A stretch of DNA of 64,000 nucleotides from Candidatus Multivorans sp. Lineage in GTDB: Bacteria > Acidobacteriota > Thermoanaerobaculia > Multivoradales > Multivoraceae. Shown here one piece after another: positions 10,283 to 20,430 of the stretch (the stretch's first letter is position 1; every line of letters starts with the position of its first letter). The notes under the pieces were generated by a model, which made no database searches, was not told the DNA's origin, and worked only from the letters and a program-made list of their open reading frames with translations. The stretch is taken from the NCBI GenBank assembly GCA_965203495.1, contig CBDBDB010000007.1, positions 324,959-388,958 on the forward strand, in the 5' to 3' direction. The translations under genes were made by a program, and so were the position numbers.

Positions 10283-12175
10283 ATGAACGACAAGAGACGT
10301 CCCGACGCACTGCGTCCCCGGGGCGGCGCGCGCCGCCGCCCGTACCTGCCGTGGCTGGCCGCGGCGGCGGCCGTCCTGCTGGCGGCGCCGGCGGCCGCCA
10401 GCCAGAACGACGACCCCGCGGACGAGCCGCCGACCGTCGCGGAGGAGATCGTCGTCAGCGCCAACCGCTACGACACGCCGGCGTCGGACGTCGGCAGCGC
10501 GGTCACGGTGATCCAGGCCGAAGAGGTCGAACGGCGCAATCCGGTGGCGGTTATGGACCTGCTGCGCACGGTTCCCGGCACGGAAGTGACCCATGCCGGA
10601 GGGCCCGGCAAGGCCGCGACCGTCCGACTGCGCGGCGGCGCCGGGGCGCAGGTCCTGGTGCTGGTGGACGGCGTGCGGGTCAACTCGGTTGCCGGCGGCA
10701 CGGTCGACTTCGCGCACCTGCTGGCGGCCAACATCGAGCGCATCGAAGTGCTGCGAGGTCCGCAGGCGACCTACGGTTCGGAGGCGATGACCGGAGTCGT
10801 CAGCATCATGACCGGCCGCGGCCTGGAGGGACTGCGGCTGAGCGGGACCGGCGAGGCCGGGAGCCGTGACCACCGCCGGTTCGAGCTGGGTCTCCTGGGC
10901 GCGACGGACCGCTGGGACGTCAGCGTTTCGGCGGCCGACCTGAGCACCGACGGGGTGTCCCATCGCGCGATCCAGGGCGGCGCGGTGGAGGACGATCCGT
11001 ACGAGAACCGGACAGTGAGCGCCCGTCTCGGCGCCGCCTTCGCGGGCGACGGCCGGATCGATCTGAGGGCTCGCTCTTGGCGCGGGGACACCGCGGTGGA
11101 CGGATTCGGCCCCGAGGACCTGAACGCGATGGCGGCACAGGACGAAGACACGGTGTCTCTGAGAGTGGAGAAGGAGCTGACTTCGTTCTGGCGACAGACC
11201 GTGCGCCTTGGCCGGACCGACGCGACGCTTGCCGGAACCGATCCGGACACGATCTGGAACAACTACGAGATCCGTTCCGGGATCCGGCAGATCGACCTGC
11301 AGTCCGACATCAGGCTGGGCGCGGACAACGTGCTGAACCTGGGGCTCGGGACGGAGAATCGGCGGGGGACGAGCGTCGGCGCGTTCGACGAAGAGGCCGA
11401 CCTGGAGTCCTGGTTCGTGCAGGACCAGTGGGAGGTGACGGACGACGTGCACGTGACCGCCGCGCTGCGCGGCGACGAGCATTCGGCGTTCGGGTCGAAG
11501 ACCAGCCACCGCGTCACCTTCTCGAGTTCGTGGGCCGAGGGAAGGGGCCGCATCCGCGGCAGCTACGGCAGTGCGTTCCGCGCGCCGACCTTCAACGAGC
11601 TCTACTATCCGGGATCGGGCAATCTGGACCTTCGGCCCGAGACCACGGAGGGCCTTGATCTCGGCGTCGAGCAGCGCTTCGGCGAATCGGGCGTGACGCT
11701 CGATCTGACCTGGTTCGACCTCGACTTCGAGCAACTGATCGAGTACGACCTCGCGAACCGCAGCTTTGGCAACGTCGCCCGGGCGAGTTCGGAAGGCGCC
11801 GAGTTGGCGCTGCGATATCGACCGAATGCCGACTACAGCCTGGAGTTGTCCCACACGTACAACGACACCGAAGACCAGTCGACAGGCGATCCGCTGGCCC
11901 GGCGGCCGAAGAACCGCACGGCCCTGGTCGCTCGGCTGCGGCCGACGGAACGGCTCTCGGCGTCGGTCATGGCCGCGGCCGTGTCGGACCGTGTCGACTC
12001 GGACGGCGCGGTGATGGACGACTACGTCAAGGTGGACCTTTACCTCAGTTACGCCCGGTCCCCGTGGCAGCCCTTCGTCCGCATCGAGAACGCCCTCGAC
12101 GAGGACTACTTCGAGGTTCCCGGCTTCGTCACGCCGGGCCGCGCGATCGTCGTCGGCTTGCGGTTCTCGGGCTAG
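10283..12175 (+). CDS. btuB: TonB-dependent vitamin B12 outer-membrane transporter BtuB
   Basis: A signal peptide is present. The TonB box EEIVVSANRYDTP is present. The plug-domain blocks QVLVLVDGVRVN and IEVLRGPQATYGSEAMTGVV closely parallel E. coli BtuB. The 630-aa length fits. Confidence 0.8.
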   Translation: MNDKRRPDALRPRGGARRRPYLPWLAAAAAVLLAAPAAASQNDDPADEPPTVAEEIVVSANRYDTPASDVGSAVTVIQAEEVERRNPVAVMDLLRTVPGTEVTHAGGPGKAATVRLRGGAGAQVLVLVDGVRVNSVAGGTVDFAHLLAANIERIEVLRGPQATYGSEAMTGVVSIMTGRGLEGLRLSGTGEAGSRDHRRFELGLLGATDRWDVSVSAADLSTDGVSHRAIQGGAVEDDPYENRTVSARLGAAFAGDGRIDLRARSWRGDTAVDGFGPEDLNAMAAQDEDTVSLRVEKELTSFWRQTVRLGRTDATLAGTDPDTIWNNYEIRSGIRQIDLQSDIRLGADNVLNLGLGTENRRGTSVGAFDEEADLESWFVQDQWEVTDDVHVTAALRGDEHSAFGSKTSHRVTFSSSWAEGRGRIRGSYGSAFRAPTFNELYYPGSGNLDLRPETTEGLDLGVEQRFGESGVTLDLTWFDLDFEQLIEYDLANRSFGNVARASSEGAELALRYRPNADYSLELSHTYNDTEDQSTGDPLARRPKNRTALVARLRPTERLSASVMAAAVSDRVDSDGAVMDDYVKVDLYLSYARSPWQPFVRIENALDEDYFEVPGFVTPGRAIVVGLRFSG

Positions 12176-12180
12176 CCGTC

Positions 12181-12206
12181 GGGCTGCGCTGTCGCGCGGG
12201 GAACAC
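12181..12206 (+). repeat. Copy A of 25-bp repeat GGCTGCGCTGTCGCGC-R-G-R-GAACA (palindromic core CTGCGC-TGTC-GCGCRG)
   Basis: It is 22 of 25 identical to the copy at 14632-14660 and in the same orientation. It sits in the convergent gap between btuB and the ureidopropionase gene. Confidence 0.7.
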
Positions 12207-12271
12207 ACCCGGAAAGCCGGCGAGGGCGCCGGCGCGCTCAGTGCGAGGCTGCTCGCTCCTTGCAACCTCCG

Positions 12272-13143
12272 TCAGGGCTTGACGAGGTCTTCGTACGCCT
12301 CGGGCCGCCGGTCGCGGTAGAACTGCCACACCGAGCGCACTTCGTCGATCATCCCGAGGTCCAGGTCGGCCACCAGGAGTTCGTCCCGGTCCCTTGACGC
12401 CTGGGCGACGATCCGCCCCTTGGGGTTCACGAAGTAGCTGCTGCCGTAGAACGAACCGAGGTCCCACTGTTTCTCGGCGCCGACGCGGTTGATGCAGCCC
12501 ATGAAGTAGCCGTTCGCCACCGCGTGGGCCGGTTGTTCGATCGTCCACAGGTGGTCGGAGAGGCCGGCGACGGTGGCCGACGGGTTGTAGACGATCTCCG
12601 CGCCGGCGAGACCCAGGGCCCGCGCGCCCTCCGGGAAGTGGCGGTCGTAGCAGATGTAGACGCCGATCCGGCCGTAGGCGGTGTCGAACACCGGATATCC
12701 CAGGTTGCCCGGGCGGAAGAAGTACTTCTCCCAGAAGCCGGCCACTTGCGGAATGTGCGTCTTGCGGTACTTGCCGAGGTAGCTGCCGTCGGCGTCGATC
12801 ACGGCGGCCGTGTTGTAGAGGATGCCCGCGTTCTCCCGCTCGAAGAGCGGCACGACGATGACCATCGCGTGGCGGCGCGCGTACGCCGCCATCCGCTCGG
12901 TGGTCGGGCCGGGAACCGGCTCCGCGGCGGCGAACCAGCTCGAATCCTGGCCCGGGCAGAAGTACGGCGTGTTGAACACCTCCTGCAGGCAGAGAACCTG
13001 GACGCCGCGCCGGCCCGCGTCGTCGATGTACGGGATGTGCTTGGCCGTCATCGCCTCGACCGTCGCGGCGATCTCGTCGGCGGACGCGCCGTCTCCGCAG
13101 GCGCCGTCCGGCAACGACATCTGGATCAGGCCCGACTTCAACG
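12272..13143 (-). CDS. Carbon-nitrogen hydrolase: beta-ureidopropionase / N-carbamoyl-amino-acid amidohydrolase
   Basis: The nitrilase-superfamily fold shows the catalytic E, K and C signature around GVYICYDRHFPE. The ATG at 13143 has SD GGGAGAAG and lies 6 bp after the hydantoinase stop. The upstream part of the 817-aa track ORF is off-frame. Confidence 0.75.
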
Positions 13144-13149
13144 TTCTGC

Positions 13150-14568
13150 TCATACTGGCTTCTCCCATGCCTGCTGGAACGGGCCGCCGAACAATCCTCG
13201 CTTGATGAAGTTCCCGCCGCCGGAACGCCCGTGCCAGATGTTGTCCTCGACGACCACCCGGCCGCGGCTGATCACGATCTCCGAGACTCCCTGAACCTCC
13301 GTGCCCTCGTACGCGTTGTAGTCCACGCGCATGTGGTGCGTGTGCGGATTGTCGATGCTGATCGTCTCTCGCCGGTCCGGGTTGAACACGACGATGTCGG
13401 CGTCGCTGCCCACGGCGATCGTTCCTTTCTTCGGGAACAGTCCGAACAGCCTGGAGGCCGCTGTCGAGGTCAGTTCGACGAACTTGTTGACCGACAGCCG
13501 GCCGCCCGCGACGCCGCCGTTGTAGACCAGGCTCATCCGGTTCTCGACTCCCGGGCCGCCGTTCGGGATCTTGCTGAAGTCGTCGATCCCGAGGACCTTC
13601 TGGTCCTTGAAGCAGAAGGGACAGTGGTCGGTCGAGATGCTCTGCAGGTCGCCGAAGCGGAGTCCCCGCCAGAGGTGTTCCTGGTTCCACTTTTCGCGCA
13701 GCGGCGGCGTCATGACGTACTTCGCGCCCTCGAAGTCCTCGTGGTCGTAGTTGCTGAGATCCAGGAACAGGTACTGGGGGCAGGTCTCCGCGAACACCTG
13801 GGCGCCGCGGTCCCGCGCCAGGGTCACCTGCTCGAGCGCGTCCGCGCAGCTCAGATGGACAATGTAGACCGGAACCCCGGCGACCTCGGCGATCGCGATC
13901 GACCGGTGGACGCCCTCCGCCTCCATCCGCGTGGGCCGGGTCAGCGCGTGGTGCATCGGCGCCGTCTTGCCCTCGGCGAGCGCGATCTTCACGATCTCGT
14001 CGATCACGATTCCGTTCTCGGCGTGCATGCAGACCAGGGTTCCGTCCTCTCCGGCCTTGCGCATGGCCCGGAACAGCGTGCCGTCGTCCACGTAGAGCAC
14101 GCCCGGGTAGGCCATGAACATCTTGTAGGAGGTCACGCCCTCGTCCGCAAGACGCCGCAGCTCCCACAAACGGTCGTCTTCCATGTCGGTGACGATCATG
14201 TGGAAGCCGTAGTCGATGCCCGCCTTGCCGGCGGCCTTCTCGTGCCAGGTCTCGAGCCCCTCGAGGGTCGAGTGGCCCTTGGTCTGGATTGCGAAGTCGA
14301 CGATCGTCGTCGTGCCGCCGAAAGCGGCCGCCCGGGTGCCGGTCTCGAAGTCGTCCGCGCTCGTCGTTCCGCCGAAGGGCATGTCCATGTGGGTATGGGG
14401 GTCGACGCCGCCCGGGATGACCAGCCGTCCCGCCGCGTCGATCTCGCGGTCCGCCTCCACGTCGAGGCCGCGGCCGATCAGCGAAACCGTCTCGTCCTCG
14501 ACGAAGATGTCGGCGCGGTAGTCGTCCACCGCCGTCACGATGCGACCGTTTCGAATCAACAGGGACAT
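13150..14568 (-). CDS. Dihydropyrimidinase / D-hydantoinase (cyclic amidohydrolase)
   Basis: The metal-binding motif PGGVDPHTHMDMPFGG is present. The 472-aa length fits. The SD AAGGAG lies 5 nt before the ATG. Confidence 0.8.
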   Translation of the reverse strand: MSLLIRNGRIVTAVDDYRADIFVEDETVSLIGRGLDVEADREIDAAGRLVIPGGVDPHTHMDMPFGGTTSADDFETGTRAAAFGGTTTIVDFAIQTKGHSTLEGLETWHEKAAGKAGIDYGFHMIVTDMEDDRLWELRRLADEGVTSYKMFMAYPGVLYVDDGTLFRAMRKAGEDGTLVCMHAENGIVIDEIVKIALAEGKTAPMHHALTRPTRMEAEGVHRSIAIAEVAGVPVYIVHLSCADALEQVTLARDRGAQVFAETCPQYLFLDLSNYDHEDFEGAKYVMTPPLREKWNQEHLWRGLRFGDLQSISTDHCPFCFKDQKVLGIDDFSKIPNGGPGVENRMSLVYNGGVAGGRLSVNKFVELTSTAASRLFGLFPKKGTIAVGSDADIVVFNPDRRETISIDNPHTHHMRVDYNAYEGTEVQGVSEIVISRGRVVVEDNIWHGRSGGGNFIKRGLFGGPFQQAWEKPV

Positions 14569-14631
14569 CTCGCTCCTTCTCTCCGCCGGCGGGCCCCGCG
14601 GAGGCGCACACGCTAGCAGGGTCCGCCGCCT

Positions 14632-14660
14632 TGTGGCTGCGCTGTCGCGCAGAGAACAGT
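14632..14660 (+). repeat. Copy B of the 25-bp repeat, in promoter region of hydantoinase operon
   Basis: TGGCTGCGCTGTCGCGCAGAGAACAG contains the perfect palindrome CTGCGCTGTCGCGCAG. It lies 65 to 90 bp upstream of the hydantoinase ATG. Confidence 0.7.
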
Positions 14661-14813
14661 GGGCGAGTCTCCGTGGCGCCGTCGTTCCATGGAGTCAGGT
14701 CGCGCTGGGCAGCGAGGCCATTCAAGCACTGGTGTTTCGCACCCGACTAGCAGCGTTCGCGGCGGCGCGACGGCGAACGCCGCTGGCGCCGGTCGGGCTA
14801 TCGTCGGCGTCCG

Positions 14814-15755
14814 ATGGTCAGGACACTGAAAGCGATCTACCGCCGGTTGCACGCGGCCCTGTTCGCCGCGTTGCGCAAGCTGGGGTGGAACGTGGCGCGG
14901 ACCGCGGACTTCTACTCGCCCTTGCCGGTGCTGGCGGAAGTGGCGGAGACGCGCGGGCTGTGGGACCGGCCGAGCGAGCTGTTGGGAGTCGACTACGACC
15001 TGGAGGCGATGAAGTCGCTCCTCTCGGCGTTGGTGAAGACCCGTGGCGGCGAGTTCGCCGCGTTGCCGTCGCACCGTGAGGTCAGGGCATCGGGCTACGG
15101 CCCGGGGTTTCCGGCGGTCGATGCCCTGACGACGTACCTCATGGTCCGGGATCTGCGGCCGGCGCGCTACGTCGAGGTCGGTTCGGGCCTGTCGACCTGG
15201 TACGCGTGGCGGGCCGCGGCGACGAACGGACGCGACGGTCGCCCGTGCGAGATGACCTGCGTCGATCCGTTCCCGACGGGCCGGCTGCGCGACCTGGCGG
15301 ATCCCGCCGTCAGGACCGTCGTGTCCAGGGTCGAGGCGACGGACCTCGGACTCTTCGAGGCCCTGGGCGCCGGCGACGTGCTGTTCATCGACTCGACCCA
15401 CGTGCTGAAGCTCGGCGGAGACGTGGCGTTCCTGTTCCTTGACGTGCTGCCGCGGCTGCGCCCTGGCGTGGTGGTCCACGTCCACGACGTGCACTTCCCG
15501 TACAACACGCCCTACCCGGCGGAGCAGTACGTCTTCCGGGCCAAGTGGCCGCTCTACCGCACGGAGGCGATGGTCCTGCAGGCGTTCCTGAGCTTCAACC
15601 GGGAGTTCGATGTGCTGCTCTCCGCCCCGATGATCCGTCACTTCGACGAACCGTTCCTGGAACGGACGATTCCCGGCTACCGCCCGGTCGAGGTGGAGGA
15701 CTACGACACCCACTTCGGATCGATCTGGCTTCGGCGCCGGCCCGCGGCTAACTGA
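14814..15755 (+). CDS. Class I SAM-dependent methyltransferase
   Basis: Motif I VEVGSGLSTWY is present. LFIDSTHV is present. The gene is divergent from the hydantoinase operon. Confidence 0.6.
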   Translation: MVRTLKAIYRRLHAALFAALRKLGWNVARTADFYSPLPVLAEVAETRGLWDRPSELLGVDYDLEAMKSLLSALVKTRGGEFAALPSHREVRASGYGPGFPAVDALTTYLMVRDLRPARYVEVGSGLSTWYAWRAAATNGRDGRPCEMTCVDPFPTGRLRDLADPAVRTVVSRVEATDLGLFEALGAGDVLFIDSTHVLKLGGDVAFLFLDVLPRLRPGVVVHVHDVHFPYNTPYPAEQYVFRAKWPLYRTEAMVLQAFLSFNREFDVLLSAPMIRHFDEPFLERTIPGYRPVEVEDYDTHFGSIWLRRRPAAN

Positions 15756-15840
15756 CTCGGCACGGCGCGAAGACGTCCTTCGTACCGGCGCGGTTGTCCT
15801 GGCCGAGGCGCGCAACGGGGGGGCGGTTCCCGTGCCTTCC

Positions 15841-17025
15841 TTACCAGTCGTCTCCAGGCATCATTCGCTTCATGAAATTGTCGAAGGAAGGCACGGTGAA
15901 GGCCGTGTCTCCATGGTTCGGACTCCAGACCATGCCCTTGCCGATCAACTTCGAGCGCACGGGCCCGAGCGACGTGACCTTGCGCTCCAGGGACGAGGCG
16001 ATCTCACCCGATCGGTGCGGTCCCGGCCCCAGGGCGGCCATTGCCCGCATGTAGCGCTTCTCTGCCGGGGTCAAGCGGTCGTAGCGCACGCGGAAGAAGC
16101 CCTGATCGAGGGATGCGGTTACGTGCTCCTCGGCGGAGCGAACGTCCGCCATCCGGATCGGGGAGTGGGGTGCGACGTTCCACGCGTGCTGACCCCACTC
16201 CTGCAGGAAGTAGGGATAACCTTCCGTGCGCCTGACGATCTCCTTGAGGGCCCGAGGCTCGATGTCTACGGAGCGTCTCGTGAGTGGTCGCTGGATTGCC
16301 GCGCTGGCGGCATCTTCGGACAGGGGCCCCAGTTCCTTGAACTCGAAGAGCCTCTCGGCGTAAGTCCGGACCTTGCCGAGGCGTCCTCTGAGCTGGGGCA
16401 GGCCCGCGCCGGCCAGCATCACTGGCCAGCCCCGTTGTGAGGCTCGGTGGAACGCTGCAACCAGCGCTCCCAACTCGCTGTCTCGGGCGTACTGCATTTC
16501 GTCCACCACGAGCATCAATGCGGTCTCGGATTGCCGCGCGGCTTCGGCCACCGCCTCGAGGAGGGCGGTCAGATCGAACTCGAGGTCGCCGCTGTCGGCC
16601 AGCCCCAACTCGGGAGCGATGTCCAGACCGAACTCCACGTCTTCGTACCGGACCTTCAAGGCCGAGACGAGGCCCGCGAGCGCCTTCATTGCGCGCCGTG
16701 AGGCGGCGCGACGCCGTTCGTTGCCGGAGAGACCGAGAAGGACTCTGCGAAGTTCGGGCGCCAGCAGAGACGGCAAGGATCGCGCCTCTGACGCTTCGAC
16801 CATCGCGAAGAGCACATCGTGCTCTTCGACGTGGTTGCGCACTCCACCGAGGACCACGGTCTTTCCGACGCCGTGGAGCCCCAGGAGCGCCATGCAGCGC
16901 GCGGGACCGCCCCGCTGACACCTCAAAGCAGCCAGCTTCAGGGAGTCGAGGACTTCTTCTCTACCGGCGAGTTCGGGCGGGGGGGTGCCGGCTCCCGGGG
17001 CGAAGGGATTGTCGAGGCGATCCAT
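15841..17025 (-). CDS. Orphan AAA-type ATPase (ATP-binding protein)
   Basis: Walker A GLHGVGKT and Walker B LVVDEMQY are present. The N-terminal NPFAPGAGTPP motif is present. The start is chosen at MDRLDNPF because a -10-like ATAAAT lies inside the longer upstream ORF extension. Confidence 0.6.
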   Translation of the reverse strand: MDRLDNPFAPGAGTPPPELAGREEVLDSLKLAALRCQRGGPARCMALLGLHGVGKTVVLGGVRNHVEEHDVLFAMVEASEARSLPSLLAPELRRVLLGLSGNERRRAASRRAMKALAGLVSALKVRYEDVEFGLDIAPELGLADSGDLEFDLTALLEAVAEAARQSETALMLVVDEMQYARDSELGALVAAFHRASQRGWPVMLAGAGLPQLRGRLGKVRTYAERLFEFKELGPLSEDAASAAIQRPLTRRSVDIEPRALKEIVRRTEGYPYFLQEWGQHAWNVAPHSPIRMADVRSAEEHVTASLDQGFFRVRYDRLTPAEKRYMRAMAALGPGPHRSGEIASSLERKVTSLGPVRSKLIGKGMVWSPNHGDTAFTVPSFDNFMKRMMPGDDW

Positions 17026-17034
17026 GGCGACGCG

Positions 17035-17100
17035 ATGATATATCGATCTTAGGCGATTTATCCGCACAAGATAAACTGCTTAAACTCCGTATAATCGGAC
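17035..17100 (-). promoter_or_regulatory. AT-rich promoter-like island (TTTAAG-17nt-ATAAAT on minus strand; TATAAT on plus strand)
   Basis: This roughly 65-bp segment is far below the window GC content. It lies immediately upstream of the ATPase start. Confidence 0.35.
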
Positions 17101-17126
17101 GGTGCCGTCGGTAAAGCGGCGGTCGT

Positions 17127-18827
17127 TCACTCGGCGTCGAGAGGCTCGATGGCGAGGCCGTCGAGTGCGGGCCGAAGGCGCTCCAGGCGTTCGTTGTCGA
17201 TGGAGACGATCAGGCGGTACGGCGCGCAGGGCGGCTGCTGGTTCACGAACCAGGCGGAGTAGTCGCGGGCGAAGCGGCCGTCCGTGGCGCGGTCGATCTT
17301 CTCGGGGGTCACCACCGATCCCTCATGCAGCACGAGGACCGCGGGACGGACCTGGTGGAGGTGGTCGTAGTCCGTCTTGCCCCAGTTCAGGTGGTACTCG
17401 CCGTGGCGGGCGTGGTGGGCGGAGGTCAGGCCGAGGGGATCGTGGATCGTCGTCTCGTCGAGGATCCAGCCGAACAGACCGACGGCTTCGGCGGCGGCGA
17501 TGTCGTCGGGCGCCAGATGGGGCTTGAGACGGGTCGCCATGAACTGGTAGCAGCTCGTGATCGGGTGGACCGTGAAGCGCGGGCCGGGCGTGGTGCGCCA
17601 GGGGCTGCGGCTGAGCATGAAGACGGCGCTCACGGTCAGCGCGGCGAGCATCCAGATCGAGCGCCGTCTCGCGGCGCGGCGCGCATCCCGGTCGTCAAGT
17701 GCATTCGACAGGCCGCCGCCGCCGGGCCGCGGCGGCCCGGGTCCTGATCGCGGCGCGCCCCAGGTTTCGAACGCACTCGACAGGCAAAGGGCGAGGGGCG
17801 CGGCAAGCACCGGTACGAAGACCATGAGGAGGCGGTAGTGGGGCATCCAGTCGCCGCCGTTGACCAGGACGGCGGGCAATTCCGCCGCAACGACCAGCAG
17901 GCAGAACCACAGGGCCCGGTTCGCGGGCGCCAGGATCAAGGCGACCGCGGCGCCGAGGATCAGGGGCGCGTGCGCGAGTTCGAAACGGACGACGTACGCG
18001 AGGCCCGCGCCGAGGTTGGCGAGCCACGCCTCCGGGCCCGCCGAGAGCACGGACTTGGCCGTTACCGAGTTCGGCGCCGGAGCGCCGAAGTACGCGAGTC
18101 GCCAGATGGTGACCGCTCCGACAACGGTCAGCGCCGCCGCCGCGGTCATGCCTGCCCGCCAGAAGCCGCGGGCTCTCTCGTCCGCCCAAGGGCGCCCGCG
18201 GCGGTCGCCAGCCTCCCCCGCCTGCCGGCTCGCCAGCGGCCGCGGACTCTCCGCCCGCCGCCGTCGCTCCGCGAGCGCCTGGTAGCCGAGGACGACGGGC
18301 AGTATGAGCAGGCTCTCGGGTCGGGTGATGAACAGCAGGCCGAGGAGAACGCCGATCCACGCGGGATCGGCCCGATCGACGGTCTTGCGCGCGACGAGGG
18401 CGACCAGAAACGCGAACAGCCCTCCCTCCAGCCCGTTGCCTACGACCAGCCAGAAACGGCCATGAACCGCCACCAGCGCGACCGCGGCGAGGCAGGCGCC
18501 GGCCGAGGCGCCGAGGCCGCGGCCGAGGAGATACGCCTCGCGCAGCGCCAGCAGCGCGAAGGTCACGCCGAGCGCGAACGCAGCCGGTTCGAGCGGCAGA
18601 CGCAGCGCTTGCACGGCCGCGAGCAGCAGCGTCCACGACAGGCTCGTGACCCCTTCGACCCGTTCGCCGACGTTGAAGACGAGGCCATCGCCCTGGGCCA
18701 GGTTGCGGGCGTAGCGGAACGTGATGAAGGCGTCGTCGATCGTGCGGACCGGAAGGAACAGCAGGGTCAGCAACGGCAGCGCGGCCACCGACGCGCCGAG
18801 AGCCTGAAGCGTCCGACGATCCGTCAC
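17127..18827 (-). CDS. GT-C fold membrane glycosyltransferase (ArnT/PMT-like)
   Basis: More than ten transmembrane segments are predicted. An N-terminal loop carries the DD motif [14 protein letters not shown]. The GTG start overlaps the flippase TGA (GTGA). Confidence 0.55.
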   Translation of the reverse strand: MTDRRTLQALGASVAALPLLTLLFLPVRTIDDAFITFRYARNLAQGDGLVFNVGERVEGVTSLSWTLLLAAVQALRLPLEPAAFALGVTFALLALREAYLLGRGLGASAGACLAAVALVAVHGRFWLVVGNGLEGGLFAFLVALVARKTVDRADPAWIGVLLGLLFITRPESLLILPVVLGYQALAERRRRAESPRPLASRQAGEAGDRRGRPWADERARGFWRAGMTAAAALTVVGAVTIWRLAYFGAPAPNSVTAKSVLSAGPEAWLANLGAGLAYVVRFELAHAPLILGAAVALILAPANRALWFCLLVVAAELPAVLVNGGDWMPHYRLLMVFVPVLAAPLALCLSSAFETWGAPRSGPGPPRPGGGGLSNALDDRDARRAARRRSIWMLAALTVSAVFMLSRSPWRTTPGPRFTVHPITSCYQFMATRLKPHLAPDDIAAAEAVGLFGWILDETTIHDPLGLTSAHHARHGEYHLNWGKTDYDHLHQVRPAVLVLHEGSVVTPEKIDRATDGRFARDYSAWFVNQQPPCAPYRLIVSIDNERLERLRPALDGLAIEPLDAE

Positions 18828-20257
18828 GAAGTCGTTCCGATGTCCGCGGCGGACGTCTCCGCCCGGCGGAAGAATCGCCGGACGTCCGGCAGGAAGCGCA
18901 GCGCGAGCGCGCCTCCGCCGAGCCCGGCCGCGGCCACGCTGGCGCCGAACCTAGACCAGGTGTCCGCCGGCAGCAGCGCCGCCGCGGCGAGGAAGAAGGG
19001 CAGCGGCAACAGGTAGACCTGCAGCAGATCGCCGACGAGCCGGCCGCGTCTTTCGGCAAACAGGCCGAGGATCGCCGCGAGCATCAGCAGGCTGCCGAGG
19101 CGCGGGTAGTTCGCCCACGCCGTGCCCTTCGGCCCCCACCAGTGCGTGAAGAGAAGGCCGAAGCCGACCAGGGCGCTCATGTTCAGTGCAACCGTGCCGA
19201 GCCAGAGCCGGTCCCGGTTCCGGACCTTGAGCGCTTCGCCGCCGGTGGTCGTGAACACGTCCACCAGTGGCGCCAGGCAGAGAATGCGCAGGAGCCGTTC
19301 GGCCCCCTCCCAGTTCGAGCCCAGCAGGATCGCCACCGTCTTCTCGACGTTGAAGAACAGGAAGTAGGCCGAGAGCACGATGCCGGAGAGGAACACGATC
19401 GTGCCCAGTCGCAAGGTCTCGGCGAACTGCTCCGCGTCGTCCCGGAACTCGACGAGCGCGGGCAGCAGGGGCCGCGGAGTCAGGGTCAACGGCACGAGGA
19501 AGGCGATCATGTACGCGCGGACGTAGTAGCCCACCTCGGTCGTCGTCGCGAACGCTTCGACGATGAAGACGTCGATGTAGGTGAAGACCTGGAAGGCTGC
19601 CCAGACCATGAACAGGGTGCGGCTCGCCCGCAGCAGACCGGGCAGGCGCTTCCAGTCGACGGCCAGCGGCATCCGGCCGCGAGCCCGCCGCAGCAGCAGC
19701 AGGGCGAAGACGGCGGAGGCTGCGAGTTCGCCGCCGACGAAGGCCCAGACGTCGCCGCCCGCCAGTGCGAAGACGATGGCCAGCAGACCGAACAGGAGGC
19801 CGCGCAGGATCTCGAAGCCGGCGATCTCGCGGATGCGGAGCCTGCGCTCGAAGAAAGTCCGGTAGACCATGATGACGGCGTCGATGACGATCCAGACGGC
19901 CAGCGCCCGCAGCACGTCCGGCAGGTCGGGATGCAGCGCGGCGAAGAGGTCGGCGGCCGCGGCCAGGGCAAGCGACAGCGCGGCGCCGACGCCGCAGCTC
20001 CAGGCGAGGATCGTGCCCCAGGACTCGCGCGGGTCCCGCATCAGGTGGTGGGTCATTCCGAGGTCGCGCACCGCGGACAAGAGCACGACGACGCGGAGCG
20101 CCAGTTCGAACAGCCCGTGGCCCTCCGGCAGGATGAGCCGCGCGAGAACGATCCTCGTCCCGAAGGCGATCAGGAGCCGCGCCAGCAGGGAGGCGTAGGC
20201 GCTGACCGTCGAGTGCAGCAGTCGCCGCTTCGCCTCGGTCTCGTCGGCGTCCGTCAC
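18824..20257 (-). CDS. Polysaccharide/oligosaccharide flippase (Wzx/MOP family)
   Basis: About twelve transmembrane helices are predicted. The GTG start at 20257 ([14 protein letters not shown]) gives about 478 aa. The upstream part of the track ORF is Arg/Pro-rich and judged spurious. Confidence 0.65.
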   Translation of the reverse strand: MTDADETEAKRRLLHSTVSAYASLLARLLIAFGTRIVLARLILPEGHGLFELALRVVVLLSAVRDLGMTHHLMRDPRESWGTILAWSCGVGAALSLALAAAADLFAALHPDLPDVLRALAVWIVIDAVIMVYRTFFERRLRIREIAGFEILRGLLFGLLAIVFALAGGDVWAFVGGELAASAVFALLLLRRARGRMPLAVDWKRLPGLLRASRTLFMVWAAFQVFTYIDVFIVEAFATTTEVGYYVRAYMIAFLVPLTLTPRPLLPALVEFRDDAEQFAETLRLGTIVFLSGIVLSAYFLFFNVEKTVAILLGSNWEGAERLLRILCLAPLVDVFTTTGGEALKVRNRDRLWLGTVALNMSALVGFGLLFTHWWGPKGTAWANYPRLGSLLMLAAILGLFAERRGRLVGDLLQVYLLPLPFFLAAAALLPADTWSRFGASVAAAGLGGGALALRFLPDVRRFFRRAETSAADIGTTS

Positions 20258-20430
20258 GACCCGTCGCGGACGTCCCGCGGCGCTTCGGTCACGTCCCCTC
20301 GATCTCGTGGCGTGCCGCGCTCGCCAGGAACGCCGACCGAGACGCAGCCGGGGAAGTCGGGGAAGCTCACGCCGTATCCGGCGCCGTCCCGGTGGATGAA
20401 GGACACGTGACGCATCTGTTGTCTCCGCTG

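Noticed and set aside
8190-10286. 698-aa plus-strand ORF antisense to recC, and 10058-12265 minus-strand ORF antisense to btuB
   Set aside because: These are antisense shadows. No motifs were found.
12272-14725. 817-aa ORF fusing ureidopropionase with upstream sequence
   Set aside because: Upstream of MSRTLKSG the frame overlaps the hydantoinase gene out of frame. The real gene is 12272-13143.
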